From contig JBARXC010000151.1 of NCBI GenBank assembly GCA_049647125.1, forward strand, positions 107,956 to 171,955: DNA of 64,000 bases, read 5' to 3'. The DNA comes from a bacterium (GTDB lineage Bacteria; Hydrothermota; Tepidihabitantia; SM23-42). A model generated the notes under the pieces. The model was not told the DNA's origin, ran no database searches, and was given only the letters and a program-made list of their open reading frames with translations. The translations under genes were made by a program, and so were the position numbers. This document shows, piece by piece, positions 54,819 through 64,000 of the stretch (positions are counted from its first letter, which is position 1; the number at the start of each line of letters is the position of its first letter).

Positions 54819-57137
54819 TTATTCGCCAATCTTGCCCTCTTTGTACAACTTTATCGCTTCGCGGGCTTCGTGATTCGAGGGATCTATTTCAATAGCATGT
54901 TCATAGGCTTTAATAGCCTCATCATACTTCTCCATTTCGATTAGCGCTTTACCGAGATTTACATAGGCGTGTGCATAGTTAACATTTTTCTTGATTGCCT
55001 CTTGGAATGCGATTACTGCATCATCCAGTTTCTTCATCCGAAGATGCAGCAAGCCAAGGTTGTTGTGTATTTCAGACATATTGGGTTCCATGTCCAATGC
55101 CTTCTTGTAGATCTTCTTTGACTCATTGAATTTACCCAATTCGGCAAGGAGCAAACCCTTGAGGTTCAAATACTCAGCGGTCTGCTCAATCTCCAGTGCT
55201 TTGTTTATCTCATTCACCGCAAGTTCGTAGTTGCCACGATAATAATACAATGTAGCACGGTCAAAGTGATCAAGTCCTTCTTTCTTCCATCGTTTTTCTT
55301 GCTCATCTTTGTACCGCGTTTCTTCCTTCACAAAATATTCTTTCATATGTTCAAGAATTGTCTTGGTGTAGTTAGAAAGTTTTTCCTGTCGGTCAAAGGA
55401 ATCTTTGAATTCCTTTTCCACTTCTTTCGTCATCTCTCTGATCCGAGTATTCAATTCATCAAACTTGCCAGCAAGATTTGCAATATCACCAAATGTTTTC
55501 TCATACTGCTTCTCAAGTGCGCCGATCTCGGTTTTCATTTCCTTCACCAGATCCTTTACTGAATCATGCATTCCTTCGCCAACCTTGTCGACGCCCTTTC
55601 TCATACCTTCTGCCAAACCAGCAATCTTACCGAGTGACTCAATATAGTTGCTGTTTAGATTTTTCATCATGTCGCTCATCGACGCAAGACTGTCTGATGA
55701 CTGTTTGAATAGTTCCTGCAGCTGGATGACAACACCTTGAACATTATTCAATGAGGTTGTCTGATCGGTCCTCAAATTACTTATCTCTGACTTCACACCA
55801 TCGATGTAAACCCCTATATCATTCTTGAGCCCTTCAAGGATCGTTGCAGTATGCGCTTTCAATTCGGTAACATCGCCCTTTATGCTATCACCAACACCGG
55901 CGAAACTCGTTATCAACCCTTGAAGACTCTGTTCCTGCACTTTGCCAGAATCTGTAAACACTCTACCCAAATCATCAAACTTTGTCGCAAGCGCATTCTT
56001 CAATCCACCAATATCTGTTTTGATACCTTCGCTAATATTGCCAAAATCGCCAACCAAACTACGTACAGTTTCACCACTTGATTTCAACTCGTCGCTAAAG
56101 ATTCTACCCAAATCATCAAACTTCGAAACAAGATCAGTAAGCGCATTGATCACGTCGGTCTTCAACCCAACAACTTCGGTTTTCATGAATTCGGTCATGC
56201 TGTCAATACCAGGTTTCATTGTATCGGCAAACGTGCTGCTTAATTCACCAAACTTGGTTGATATACCACTCAACGCATTCAAGGTTTCCACTTTGAGCCC
56301 GGCAACTTCAGTTTTCAGTACATCATTGATGCCGTCGGTGCTGTTGACCAAACGATCCAACTGATCTAACTTGGTCAAAACCTCTTGATTCGTGGTTGCA
56401 AGCCTCTCAATCGCTCCACTCATTGTCTCCAAGCTTACCTGATTCGTTGTCGCCAATTTACCGACGTTCTCGTTCAAAATATCCAATTTTGATCCTGTCG
56501 CTTCATTGGCTTTTTCATTCTTCAAACTGAAATCGCTGAACTCGGTTAGCTTTATAATAAACGCCTCATTGAAGTTCTTGACTTCTGTGATGAACTGAGA
56601 GTGTGTGCTATTTATCTCCTCGAGCATTGATTGCAGTACGTTGCCATTTGACTTCAAGCTCTCTACCTGACTCTTGATCGTTTCTCGCAAAGTGTTGAAA
56701 TTCTCAGTCAATGCATCGCGCTGCGCCTTTGTTGTCTCGTTGAGTTCAGCAAAATTGCTTTTGATGCCTTCAAATTTATTGGTTATCGTCTCAACTAATC
56801 CATCAAAACCAAGAACCATAACCTCATTCTGCTTTTTCAAAATATCAAAACGTCCCAGTAAAGCTTCCTGCAGGGTTTGCACAGTTGTCGACAGAACTAT
56901 GCCAAGCGCTTCTGACCGTTGGAACATCTCTTCTTTTATGTCTTTTAAACCGTTCTTAACATCATCTATCAAAACCCCAGTTTTCATATTTGAAGAGAGC
57001 AGCGAACATAATTTAGTAGCACCATCGTAGATCATACAATCATTTCTTACGCACTCCTGAAGTTCGATTTCCTCGCCGGTTTTATTCCCATCTTTATCGA
57101 ACACATCTTTTTTTATCGCCAGAAATGGGCATTTCAT
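54819..57137 (-). CDS. Cys4 N-terminus plus long helical-repeat (coiled-coil-like) region plus C-terminal TPR protein
   Basis: N-terminal C3/C29/C34/C44. Internal 47-aa repeats (KFDDLGR(I/V)F units; 21-nt exact DNA copy 55962-55982 = 56103-56123). Three or four C-terminal TPRs. The start overlaps the upstream stop (TAATG). Confidence 0.7.
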   Translation of the reverse strand: MKCPFLAIKKDVFDKDGNKTGEEIELQECVRNDCMIYDGATKLCSLLSSNMKTGVLIDDVKNGLKDIKEEMFQRSEALGIVLSTTVQTLQEALLGRFDILKKQNEVMVLGFDGLVETITNKFEGIKSNFAELNETTKAQRDALTENFNTLRETIKSQVESLKSNGNVLQSMLEEINSTHSQFITEVKNFNEAFIIKLTEFSDFSLKNEKANEATGSKLDILNENVGKLATTNQVSLETMSGAIERLATTNQEVLTKLDQLDRLVNSTDGINDVLKTEVAGLKVETLNALSGISTKFGELSSTFADTMKPGIDSMTEFMKTEVVGLKTDVINALTDLVSKFDDLGRIFSDELKSSGETVRSLVGDFGNISEGIKTDIGGLKNALATKFDDLGRVFTDSGKVQEQSLQGLITSFAGVGDSIKGDVTELKAHTATILEGLKNDIGVYIDGVKSEISNLRTDQTTSLNNVQGVVIQLQELFKQSSDSLASMSDMMKNLNSNYIESLGKIAGLAEGMRKGVDKVGEGMHDSVKDLVKEMKTEIGALEKQYEKTFGDIANLAGKFDELNTRIREMTKEVEKEFKDSFDRQEKLSNYTKTILEHMKEYFVKEETRYKDEQEKRWKKEGLDHFDRATLYYYRGNYELAVNEINKALEIEQTAEYLNLKGLLLAELGKFNESKKIYKKALDMEPNMSEIHNNLGLLHLRMKKLDDAVIAFQEAIKKNVNYAHAYVNLGKALIEMEKYDEAIKAYEHAIEIDPSNHEAREAIKLYKEGKIGE

Positions 57138-60100
57138 TAGCTCCTCCCTTCAATAAAATATTTTCCTTTTGCCAACCTTCTCTCCTGGGCAAGTCTTTCA
57201 TAACTTATAATCCTCTGTTCCATATCGGCAACACCCGCCTCCCGCAGAGCAAGTGCTGCTGCCTCATAAGAACCCATGCTTTCATAAATATCCGCATAAA
57301 CAGGTGCGGTTTCTTCATCCACAGGTAAGTTTCTCATTACTTCAAGGGCATTTATAGGACGACTGTCCTTAAGCTGCAGCCTCGCCTTCAACAATGTGTG
57401 GTGCTTGACCGAAAATCTACTCTTCGGCACGAAATCAAGCTCCTTTTTAGCCTTTGAAAGCTTATTCATAAGCAGGTAGAGGTTTGCCCGCTCCAGTCTC
57501 TCCTCATCTGTATCGCCCTTTATCATTTCAATCCTACTCTTGAAATAATCGCGGCGTGTTTTTCTTATCAAACGATATATCGCTTTGCGGTTTTTTGTCT
57601 TCTCAAGCAGTTCTGTGTAGAGCTTTATCGCCTTATCAGCAACACCCATTTCGTAGTAAATCTGGCCTTCTTTAAGAGTTATTTCTTCACTTTCAGGAAT
57701 CATCTCTCTAGCCCGTTTGATAGCTTCGATAGCTCTTTCATACTCTTTTTGATGTACAAATATCCGCTGAGCCAACAGATATGCGTAACCAATATGAGCA
57801 TCTTTCTTTAATATCTCCTTGATTTGATATGTTATTGCATTTCCAAAACTCGCATCGAGGGTGAAAAGCTCATCAAAAAGCTCAAGAGCTTTATTGATAT
57901 CGCCGGTGTCTTTGTAGAGATTACCGAGGTATAAAATGATCTCGCCGCTTTTTTCCTCGTATATCACGAGTTTGTCAATAATGTTTGTTATCTCAACCGG
58001 CGCTATTTCAATCAGTTTACCGTAGACTTCAACCGCCTTTTTATGGGCTTTTTCAGTTAGAAATATACGCGCGAGGAAATAATACGAGGGGATGTGCTGT
58101 GGGTTTTTGTGGAGAATGTTCGATACGAATTTCTTTGCCCAAGTACTTTCGTTCTTATCTGCTTCATAGACTTCACTGATCAAATCTAAGGAGTCTTCGA
58201 GATTATTGAAATTGAAATAAATCTCTGCTAAACCTTTGCGCGATTCAATATCATCCGGGTTTTCAGCACATATTTTCTTCATTTCAGAAATTGCCGGTTC
58301 GAGATAAGATTTCTCTGCAACTTGTGCTTTAATATAATATTTGACCGCAGAACTCTTTAGATCAGCAAGATGGTAAACCTTAGCCAATGAGAAATCAAGC
58401 AAGGGTGAGGAAGCTGCTTTCATCAGTTTCTCATACAATGGTATAACGCGTTTAACCAACGCGTTATCTAGTTCACAAGCTTGCAACAAATGTTTAATCG
58501 CTTCATCATGTTTCTTGAGAACGAGTTCGACACTGCCCACGGCAAAAACAATTAAAGGGTTTGCTATGGATTTCGATGAAAGTGTTTGCAGCTCCTCATA
58601 TACATACTCAGCGCGGGCAGGGAGTATTCTGACCGTCAAAAGGTATTCCTCAACCGCTTCATCAATTCGTCGGGCTTTGCTCAAAGCCCTACCTCGTGCA
58701 AAATGGGCAGGTACATTACTCTTGTCTATATACAAAATCTTATCCAGGTATTTGATCACTTCCCCAGAACAATCTTGGGAACCTTCAAGTGAAAGCATAA
58801 GTGGTCTGACTGCATCGCTTAGATTACCTTTCTCAACAAGTGCCTGACCTAATTTGAGATTAAAGTATTGAGCATCGCGACCAAAAACTTCGATTGCATG
58901 CTTGGATTCATCAATAACTCGATCCCAGAGTTTCCGGTTGTAAAAGGTATCAATTAATAGAACCCGAACCTCACGATCTTTAGGGAAATTCTTCAAGGCA
59001 TCATAAAATTCATCTACAATTTCAAAAAACGCTTTTGGATCAACCATCTGTGCAGTCTTGAAGAATTTTGTGGCGATTTCCACTTCGCCTTCTTTCATGA
59101 ATATCCTTGCGGCGGCTAAGAGCAATTGTACTGCCTTAGGTCTTTGTTGAAGAACTTCAATCAAAGCTCGTTTTGTGTTGTTTTTATGCTCCTTATCCTC
59201 AAATAGTTTCTCGAAAAGCACAACCGCCGCATCATATTCACCAGTAAATGCCGAAGCCCGGGCCAGGGCAAGCTCACCAAGAAAAAGATCCTCTTTCTTG
59301 TACTGTTTGAAAATGGGTATAATCCGTGGACCCAAATCTGGTTTCTTGCTGATTATCGCATCTAAAGTAGGTATCAGCAAAGCAGTTTGTTCTGGGTGTT
59401 GATCGAGAAAGTACTCAAGCAAAGACAGCGCCTTTTGCTCTTGACCCAGCATTAACATACTCTTGGCACACAAATCCGTATAACCCAGGTCATCCGGTCT
59501 CTCTTTGACAATCGCCCCGGTTGATTCAAAAACATACTGGTACTGTTGGCTGTCCATAAGATTCTCCAATATCAACTGCGCACTTTCGTGGTCGCCCTTG
59601 TGTGCATAACATAGGCCTAACAGATTAAGTGCCTTAACATTCTCCATGTTCTGATCCAATATTGTATTCAGATTAATAATATATTCGTCGAGGAGTCCAG
59701 GGTCTGAGTTATAGGCGGTCTCAATAACATCTACTGCAGCACCTATGTCATCCTTGGATAGATATGCCTTTACCAGACCATCAATCAACTCCGGGTTGTT
59801 TGGTGCTTTTTGAAATGCATCCTGATATTTCTTGATGATCTGTTCATGCTGGGTTGCGTCAGCCTCTAATACCTTACCATATTCAGCTACTGCCAAAGAA
59901 ATTCTATTTGCTTTGACATATGTATCGCCGAGTGCGTACATAATTCTCACGTTCTTAGGGTTAATCCTCTCAAGCTCGCGCAATCCTTTTATGACATCAT
60001 CGACTTTTTTGGTATCTTTCTTCAATAAATTTTGAAGAAGCCCGATTGACGCGTCAAGGTCACCTTTCTTAATGTACAAATCAGTCAAGAATTGAGCGAA

Positions 60101-60865
60101 AGTTCCTTCTAGTTCTTTGGGCGGCTTGGCCGCACTGATTATGGCAATTAGCGAATCAACGCTATCTGCGAACTTATCCGCTGTTCGCTGGGCCGTATTC
60201 AAAGCGCTGCCAAAATCATGGGCTGCCATTTGTGCTCTTAGAAGCAACAGAGCAGCACGCCAGTCATTGTAATTTTCTCGGGATATTACCCGAATCCATT
60301 CCAGTACTATGGGGGCATAAACCTCGACATCAATCATAGGCTCCATGGCTTCAATGGCCCGTTCACTTTCGTGTGTGAAGAAACGTATTGAGGAAAGCAC
60401 AAGCATATGTTCAAAATCTCTTTTTGAAATGACATTCTTGCTTTCGATACTTTGTTTGAGTTTATCGAAGCGGGTTATTAGAAGCTTCAGTTCCCGATCG
60501 CTAAGTTGCCTTAACGTTTTGCTGATTTCATCGTATCGATGTTGCTCAATATGCAACTGGAGCAGGAAATCACCAGAATCAATAGAGGCGTGCTGGTAAT
60601 ATAATTCAGACATAAGCACAACGATTTCGTCAATCCGCGGCGGTGCGATTGATTTTACCGCACGCAGCGTCTCGACCGCTCTCCCTCTTTCTTCAGACTC
60701 AAAATAAAGACGGGCAAGTAGTAAGTAAAGGTCGAATGATTCTTCGTCCTCAGTTAGATTGTGCTCAAGCATCTTAATAGCCGAATCAATACGACCATCT
60801 TTGACGTATTCCTGTGCCTTTAATAAGGCTTTCTGTGGATCTTTTGAGCCAAAAATATCAAACAT
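57137..60865 (-). CDS. very large TPR-repeat protein (1242 aa)
   Basis: TPR-like helical repeats run essentially the whole length (A..Y......A...(F/Y)..(A/L) periodicity). No signal peptide. Confidence 0.7.
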   Translation of the reverse strand: MFDIFGSKDPQKALLKAQEYVKDGRIDSAIKMLEHNLTEDEESFDLYLLLARLYFESEERGRAVETLRAVKSIAPPRIDEIVVLMSELYYQHASIDSGDFLLQLHIEQHRYDEISKTLRQLSDRELKLLITRFDKLKQSIESKNVISKRDFEHMLVLSSIRFFTHESERAIEAMEPMIDVEVYAPIVLEWIRVISRENYNDWRAALLLLRAQMAAHDFGSALNTAQRTADKFADSVDSLIAIISAAKPPKELEGTFAQFLTDLYIKKGDLDASIGLLQNLLKKDTKKVDDVIKGLRELERINPKNVRIMYALGDTYVKANRISLAVAEYGKVLEADATQHEQIIKKYQDAFQKAPNNPELIDGLVKAYLSKDDIGAAVDVIETAYNSDPGLLDEYIINLNTILDQNMENVKALNLLGLCYAHKGDHESAQLILENLMDSQQYQYVFESTGAIVKERPDDLGYTDLCAKSMLMLGQEQKALSLLEYFLDQHPEQTALLIPTLDAIISKKPDLGPRIIPIFKQYKKEDLFLGELALARASAFTGEYDAAVVLFEKLFEDKEHKNNTKRALIEVLQQRPKAVQLLLAAARIFMKEGEVEIATKFFKTAQMVDPKAFFEIVDEFYDALKNFPKDREVRVLLIDTFYNRKLWDRVIDESKHAIEVFGRDAQYFNLKLGQALVEKGNLSDAVRPLMLSLEGSQDCSGEVIKYLDKILYIDKSNVPAHFARGRALSKARRIDEAVEEYLLTVRILPARAEYVYEELQTLSSKSIANPLIVFAVGSVELVLKKHDEAIKHLLQACELDNALVKRVIPLYEKLMKAASSPLLDFSLAKVYHLADLKSSAVKYYIKAQVAEKSYLEPAISEMKKICAENPDDIESRKGLAEIYFNFNNLEDSLDLISEVYEADKNESTWAKKFVSNILHKNPQHIPSYYFLARIFLTEKAHKKAVEVYGKLIEIAPVEITNIIDKLVIYEEKSGEIILYLGNLYKDTGDINKALELFDELFTLDASFGNAITYQIKEILKKDAHIGYAYLLAQRIFVHQKEYERAIEAIKRAREMIPESEEITLKEGQIYYEMGVADKAIKLYTELLEKTKNRKAIYRLIRKTRRDYFKSRIEMIKGDTDEERLERANLYLLMNKLSKAKKELDFVPKSRFSVKHHTLLKARLQLKDSRPINALEVMRNLPVDEETAPVYADIYESMGSYEAAALALREAGVADMEQRIISYERLAQERRLAKGKYFIEGRS

Positions 60866-60964
60866 GTTTTACCATAGCTGTCAACTCCTTCATAAAACCA
60901 GCGCCTTGACAATAATCAAATAACTGTGATACTTAAGGACAAATCAAAGTCTAATATTGTCTTA

Positions 60965-61000
60965 CCAGTTTCCAGCTTCCAAACCTAAAACCCAGCTTCT
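60965..61000. repeat. simple-sequence spacer (ccagcttc direct repeats)
   Basis: ccagtttccagcttccaaacctaaaacccagcttct. Low-complexity, between tandem minus-strand genes like copies 1-3. Confidence 0.4.
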
Positions 61001-61005
61001 GTCTT

Positions 61006-61470
61006 TTAGAATGTCTTGGCTATTGAAAGAATGCTCTTTAGCTGCTCATCTGTTTTGCGAAGGCGTGCCGATAGCGTTCTCGTAAATACCCACAAGAGTT
61101 TATAGGCAATACCGGTTTCTTGAGCAAGCAGTTTCTGAAAATTATCTTTTTCAATCAATAATAGTATCGTATCATCGTTCGCAATAGCCGAAGCGGAACG
61201 CGGCGCATCATCAATCAAAGCCATCTCGCCAAAGTACTCACCTTCTCGTAGTATTGTAAGAGCTTCCTCACCCACACCAGGGACGACCGTTGAAATCCGC
61301 ACACTACCCGAGACAACAAGGTAGAAAGCATCACCCATGTCACCTTCTTTGAAGATAAACTCATCCTTCTTTACTCGTAGTTCTTTGGAAATAGAAATCA
61401 GAACATCCATTTCACTGGGCGTCAGCTCACGAAAAAGGTATACTTGACTTAACGCGCCTTTACCCTTCAC
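61006..61470 (-). CDS. cyclic-nucleotide-binding domain protein
   Basis: FGEMALIDDAPRSASAIA phosphate-binding-cassette motif. 154 aa, single domain. Confidence 0.8.
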   Translation of the reverse strand: MKGKGALSQVYLFRELTPSEMDVLISISKELRVKKDEFIFKEGDMGDAFYLVVSGSVRISTVVPGVGEEALTILREGEYFGEMALIDDAPRSASAIANDDTILLLIEKDNFQKLLAQETGIAYKLLWVFTRTLSARLRKTDEQLKSILSIAKTF

Positions 61471-62468
61471 CTTGCCTCCATGGCTAATCTAATTTTCTCA
61501 CCCCTTTCCACCACGCTGGTTTCTCTCACGTTAAGGAGCAAACCGATGGAAGCCTTCTGGAAAACGCTGATAACTTGAATCTTTGCGATATCGAAATCCG
61601 GCATCTCCTTACCATCAACCTTGCGTTCCTGGTAGACATTAAATAAATCACCGACCGCGATGCCCGTATTTTCTCCATGATCAATATAGACAAAGACGTG
61701 CGGCTCGGTGAGCGAACCTTCATCTTTCACTTCCACTATGTATCCTTCAATCTCATCTTCGGTGGCAACCAACTCCACATTTTCCGGGGCAAGGATTGGT
61801 TCATAAGGAAGAACGTAATCACCCTTCTTTATAATAGTATACGAAGCGATGACTTTAGCCCTTGAACCTTCATTGCCGATATCCATGATTTCGGCTTTGC
61901 CCAAGACGATAATTTCCTTACCAAGAAACTCGCCTGTCTTAGGATGATTAATTGTGTTCCCAGGACGGTAGATTGTAAGAATATCACCGACGCTAATGTC
62001 TTCAGCACGATCAATGTAGATATTCTTGTAACTGGTAATCAATTTCTCGCCACTTGGTTCAGTACCGACTATCTTACCCCACAGTGGAATATCTTCCTCA
62101 AGTATAAATCCCGCGCGATGGATGATCTCTTCACTGAATATTCTTCGATCCGCCTCGATAAACGAAATAACCTCAGCTACCGTTTTCTCTGGTGGTATTG
62201 ACACTATTGTTCGTTCCGCTTCCGGAACATACTCATACTCGATTACCTCTCCTTCTGGATGAGGTGGAATAACAAACATCTGATCAGGATAAATCCAGTG
62301 AGGATCGTCAATCTCCGTCAAATTAGCGCGCCAAATATATGGCCAGAGGAACGGATTCTGATAATAAATATCTGCAATATCCCATAGAGTATCATCTATT
62401 TTGACTAGGTGGGTTGACTCCTGTGCAAACAAAGAGACAAACACCATAAGGATCAACAATTTCTTCAT
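61467..62468 (-). CDS. secreted LysM-domain protein
   Basis: Signal peptide MKKLLILMVFVSLFAQ. LysM is HLVKIDDTLWDIADIYYQNPFLWPYIWRAN...IYPDQMFVIP. AAGGAGG RBS. Confidence 0.75.
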   Translation of the reverse strand: MKKLLILMVFVSLFAQESTHLVKIDDTLWDIADIYYQNPFLWPYIWRANLTEIDDPHWIYPDQMFVIPPHPEGEVIEYEYVPEAERTIVSIPPEKTVAEVISFIEADRRIFSEEIIHRAGFILEEDIPLWGKIVGTEPSGEKLITSYKNIYIDRAEDISVGDILTIYRPGNTINHPKTGEFLGKEIIVLGKAEIMDIGNEGSRAKVIASYTIIKKGDYVLPYEPILAPENVELVATEDEIEGYIVEVKDEGSLTEPHVFVYIDHGENTGIAVGDLFNVYQERKVDGKEMPDFDIAKIQVISVFQKASIGLLLNVRETSVVERGEKIRLAMEAR

Positions 62469-62529
62469 CTATGCCTCCTTTTTGGAAATACCTTCCTCGT
62501 GTTGAACAAATAAAAATTCAAGAACCCTC

Positions 62530-63708
62530 CTACACCTTTCCATCATATCGCCATCGACCCAAGAGGTTTCTTACGCTTATGAAACGATCATTGTACTTGA
62601 AGACACGAGCAACTCTTGGTCCGATACCTGATGTTATTTCATATACAATCGTCTTTGACTTCCTGGCACATTCCTCAGCAGTAATCTCCTCCTTACCATC
62701 CTTCCCAATCAGGGTCACGACATCACCAACCTTGACACCTGCTATGTAAGTAACATCAACCATTATCAAATCCATACATACGGTTCCGACAATACGTGCC
62801 CTTTTCCCTTTTATCAGAACATCGGCGATATTGGAAAGAACCCGTGGGTAGCCATCACCATAGCCAATACTAATAGTTGCGATTTTACTCCTCTTTTTGG
62901 TAATAAAGGTATGACCATAGCTCACAGGTGTATGTGCCTTCACAATCCGGACGCTCACAATCTTGGATTTCAGTGCCATCACCGGCATAAAACCCTTGCC
63001 GTATCTAATATCTGGAGATGCTGCAAGACCGTAAAGTGCAATGCCTGGTCTCACAAGATTATAGTGTGAGTCAGTGTGTTTGAAAATACCTGACGAATTA
63101 GCAAGATGTATAAATCGTGGCTTTATCTTATGCCGAGCCAAGTCTCTGACAAGGGTATCAAGCTGTCTTATCTGCTTTTCAGTAAATGCACCATCTCTAT
63201 CAGCCATGGGGAAATGTGAAAACAACCCTTCTATCTTGATGTACGGCGACCTTCTAATCTTTCTGATTGCTGCCGAAACAGTATTATATGGAAAACCCGT
63301 CCTTGTCATTCCGGTATCCACCTCAATGTGAACAAGAATAGGTTTTTTCAGAACCCGTGCTTTTTCGTCAAGCAGGTTAAAGAATTTCATCTCCGATATC
63401 GTCGGTATTAGGTTATACTCAAAAACTACATCAACCTGCGAATACAGAACCGGACTGAGCACGAGAATGCGTGACGTGATACCACCTTGTCTTAATTCAA
63501 TACCCTCCTCAACGCTGGCTACGCCAAACATAAAAACACTTTCAGCTTCAAGTATCCGCGCAATTTCAACCGCGCCGTGACCATAGGCATCTGCTTTGAT
63601 AGCGGCCATGATTTCGGAGTTTTTTACCTTCTTTTTTATGATTTTGTAATTGTTAACCAAGTGGTCAAGCAATATCTCTGCCCAGACTCTTCCTTCGGTA
63701 ACATCCAT
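62530..63708 (-). CDS. alr: alanine racemase
   Basis: PLP-lysine motif AIKADAYGHGA. The N-terminus VWAEILLDHLVNNY is typical. Start set at MDVTEG because a promoter lies in the ORF-track extension. Confidence 0.9.
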   Translation of the reverse strand: MDVTEGRVWAEILLDHLVNNYKIIKKKVKNSEIMAAIKADAYGHGAVEIARILEAESVFMFGVASVEEGIELRQGGITSRILVLSPVLYSQVDVVFEYNLIPTISEMKFFNLLDEKARVLKKPILVHIEVDTGMTRTGFPYNTVSAAIRKIRRSPYIKIEGLFSHFPMADRDGAFTEKQIRQLDTLVRDLARHKIKPRFIHLANSSGIFKHTDSHYNLVRPGIALYGLAASPDIRYGKGFMPVMALKSKIVSVRIVKAHTPVSYGHTFITKKRSKIATISIGYGDGYPRVLSNIADVLIKGKRARIVGTVCMDLIMVDVTYIAGVKVGDVVTLIGKDGKEEITAEECARKSKTIVYEITSGIGPRVARVFKYNDRFISVRNLLGRWRYDGKV

Positions 63709-63715
63709 TAAAATA

Positions 63716-63743
63716 AATATATACATAATTAAAAAGAAATCAA
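63716..63743 (-). promoter_or_regulatory. candidate promoter of alr; predicts a leaderless mRNA
   Basis: Minus strand reads TTGATT-16 nt-TATATT, then 7 nt to ATG 63708. Confidence 0.35.
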
Positions 63744-63852
63744 GGGGAAATTTCATGAAGGTTAAAGATTTGCTTAAAGTCAACGCTTCCCGCGTTCACT
63801 GGTCTAAATATTTCCCGGGTTGATTTTAATCGGTTGTTTTTTTAAACTTTAT

Positions 63853-64000
63853 CTACAGCCTTATGACGGCATTTCTCTCTGATCCAACTGAAATATACTT
63901 TATTTTTAGACCAGTGTAGTGCTCAATCAATTTCAAGTACTCTTTGGCTTCATCAGGCAAGGCATCATAATCCCTTATCTTGGAAATATCTTTCTTAAAA
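63853..64000 (-). CDS. purA: adenylosuccinate synthetase, C-terminal fragment running off the window
   Basis: Translation ...DYDALPDEAKEYLKLIEHYTGLKIKYISVGSERNAVIRL* resembles the PurA C-terminus (compare E. coli [29 protein letters not shown], from memory). Confidence 0.6.
   Translation of the reverse strand, partial: FKKDISKIRDYDALPDEAKEYLKLIEHYTGLKIKYISVGSERNAVIRL

Overview
AT-rich (about 40% GC by eye, not computed), densely coding bacterial chromosome segment. All calls rest on motif recognition and memory of protein families; no searches were run. Housekeeping genes: GTP-PEPCK, dxs, ispA, guaA, purF, groES/groEL, tRNA-Val(UAC), ppdK, lpxB, alr, and the purA 3' end. The organism appears to use type IX secretion: there is a SprA-like 1800-aa outer-membrane translocon, and five secreted proteins end in a T9SS/FlgD-Ig-like C-terminal sorting domain. 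These are a Gly-rich protein, a beta-helix-like protein, two FG-GAP proteins and a gingipain-family protein. This suggests an uncultivated FCB-superphylum-type lineage, which is inference only. There are also two sugar/glycan cassettes, at 1-2117 and 37291-41777; the second contains a B12-binding radical SAM enzyme. The most unusual locus is a tightly coupled five-gene minus-strand operon (15514 down to 9495). In it, a DUF2207-like single-pass membrane protein ends in a Cys-His-Ser-Ala tetrapeptide repeat tail. An RRE(PqqD-like)-radical SAM/SPASM enzyme follows 2 nt downstream, then an unknown 4-TM protein and a TMTC-like GT-C/TPR protein. I interpret this as a candidate RiPP-like system acting on a protein tail. 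Other observations: a gingipain homolog whose catalytic His/Cys positions read Tyr/Ser; a BCAM0308/NMD3-like zinc-ribbon gene in a tRNA-Val-groESL unit; many near-consensus TTGAC(A/T)-N16-TAtAAT promoters, several placed so the transcript would be leaderless; a 22-bp perfect palindrome over the promoter of a small signal-peptide ORF; several nested inverted-repeat intergenic elements, one with MITE-like TIR and TSD; a family of simple-sequence spacers; and a giant TPR plus coiled-coil/TPR operon of unknown function. No CRISPR array, rRNA, transposase or integrase was seen.
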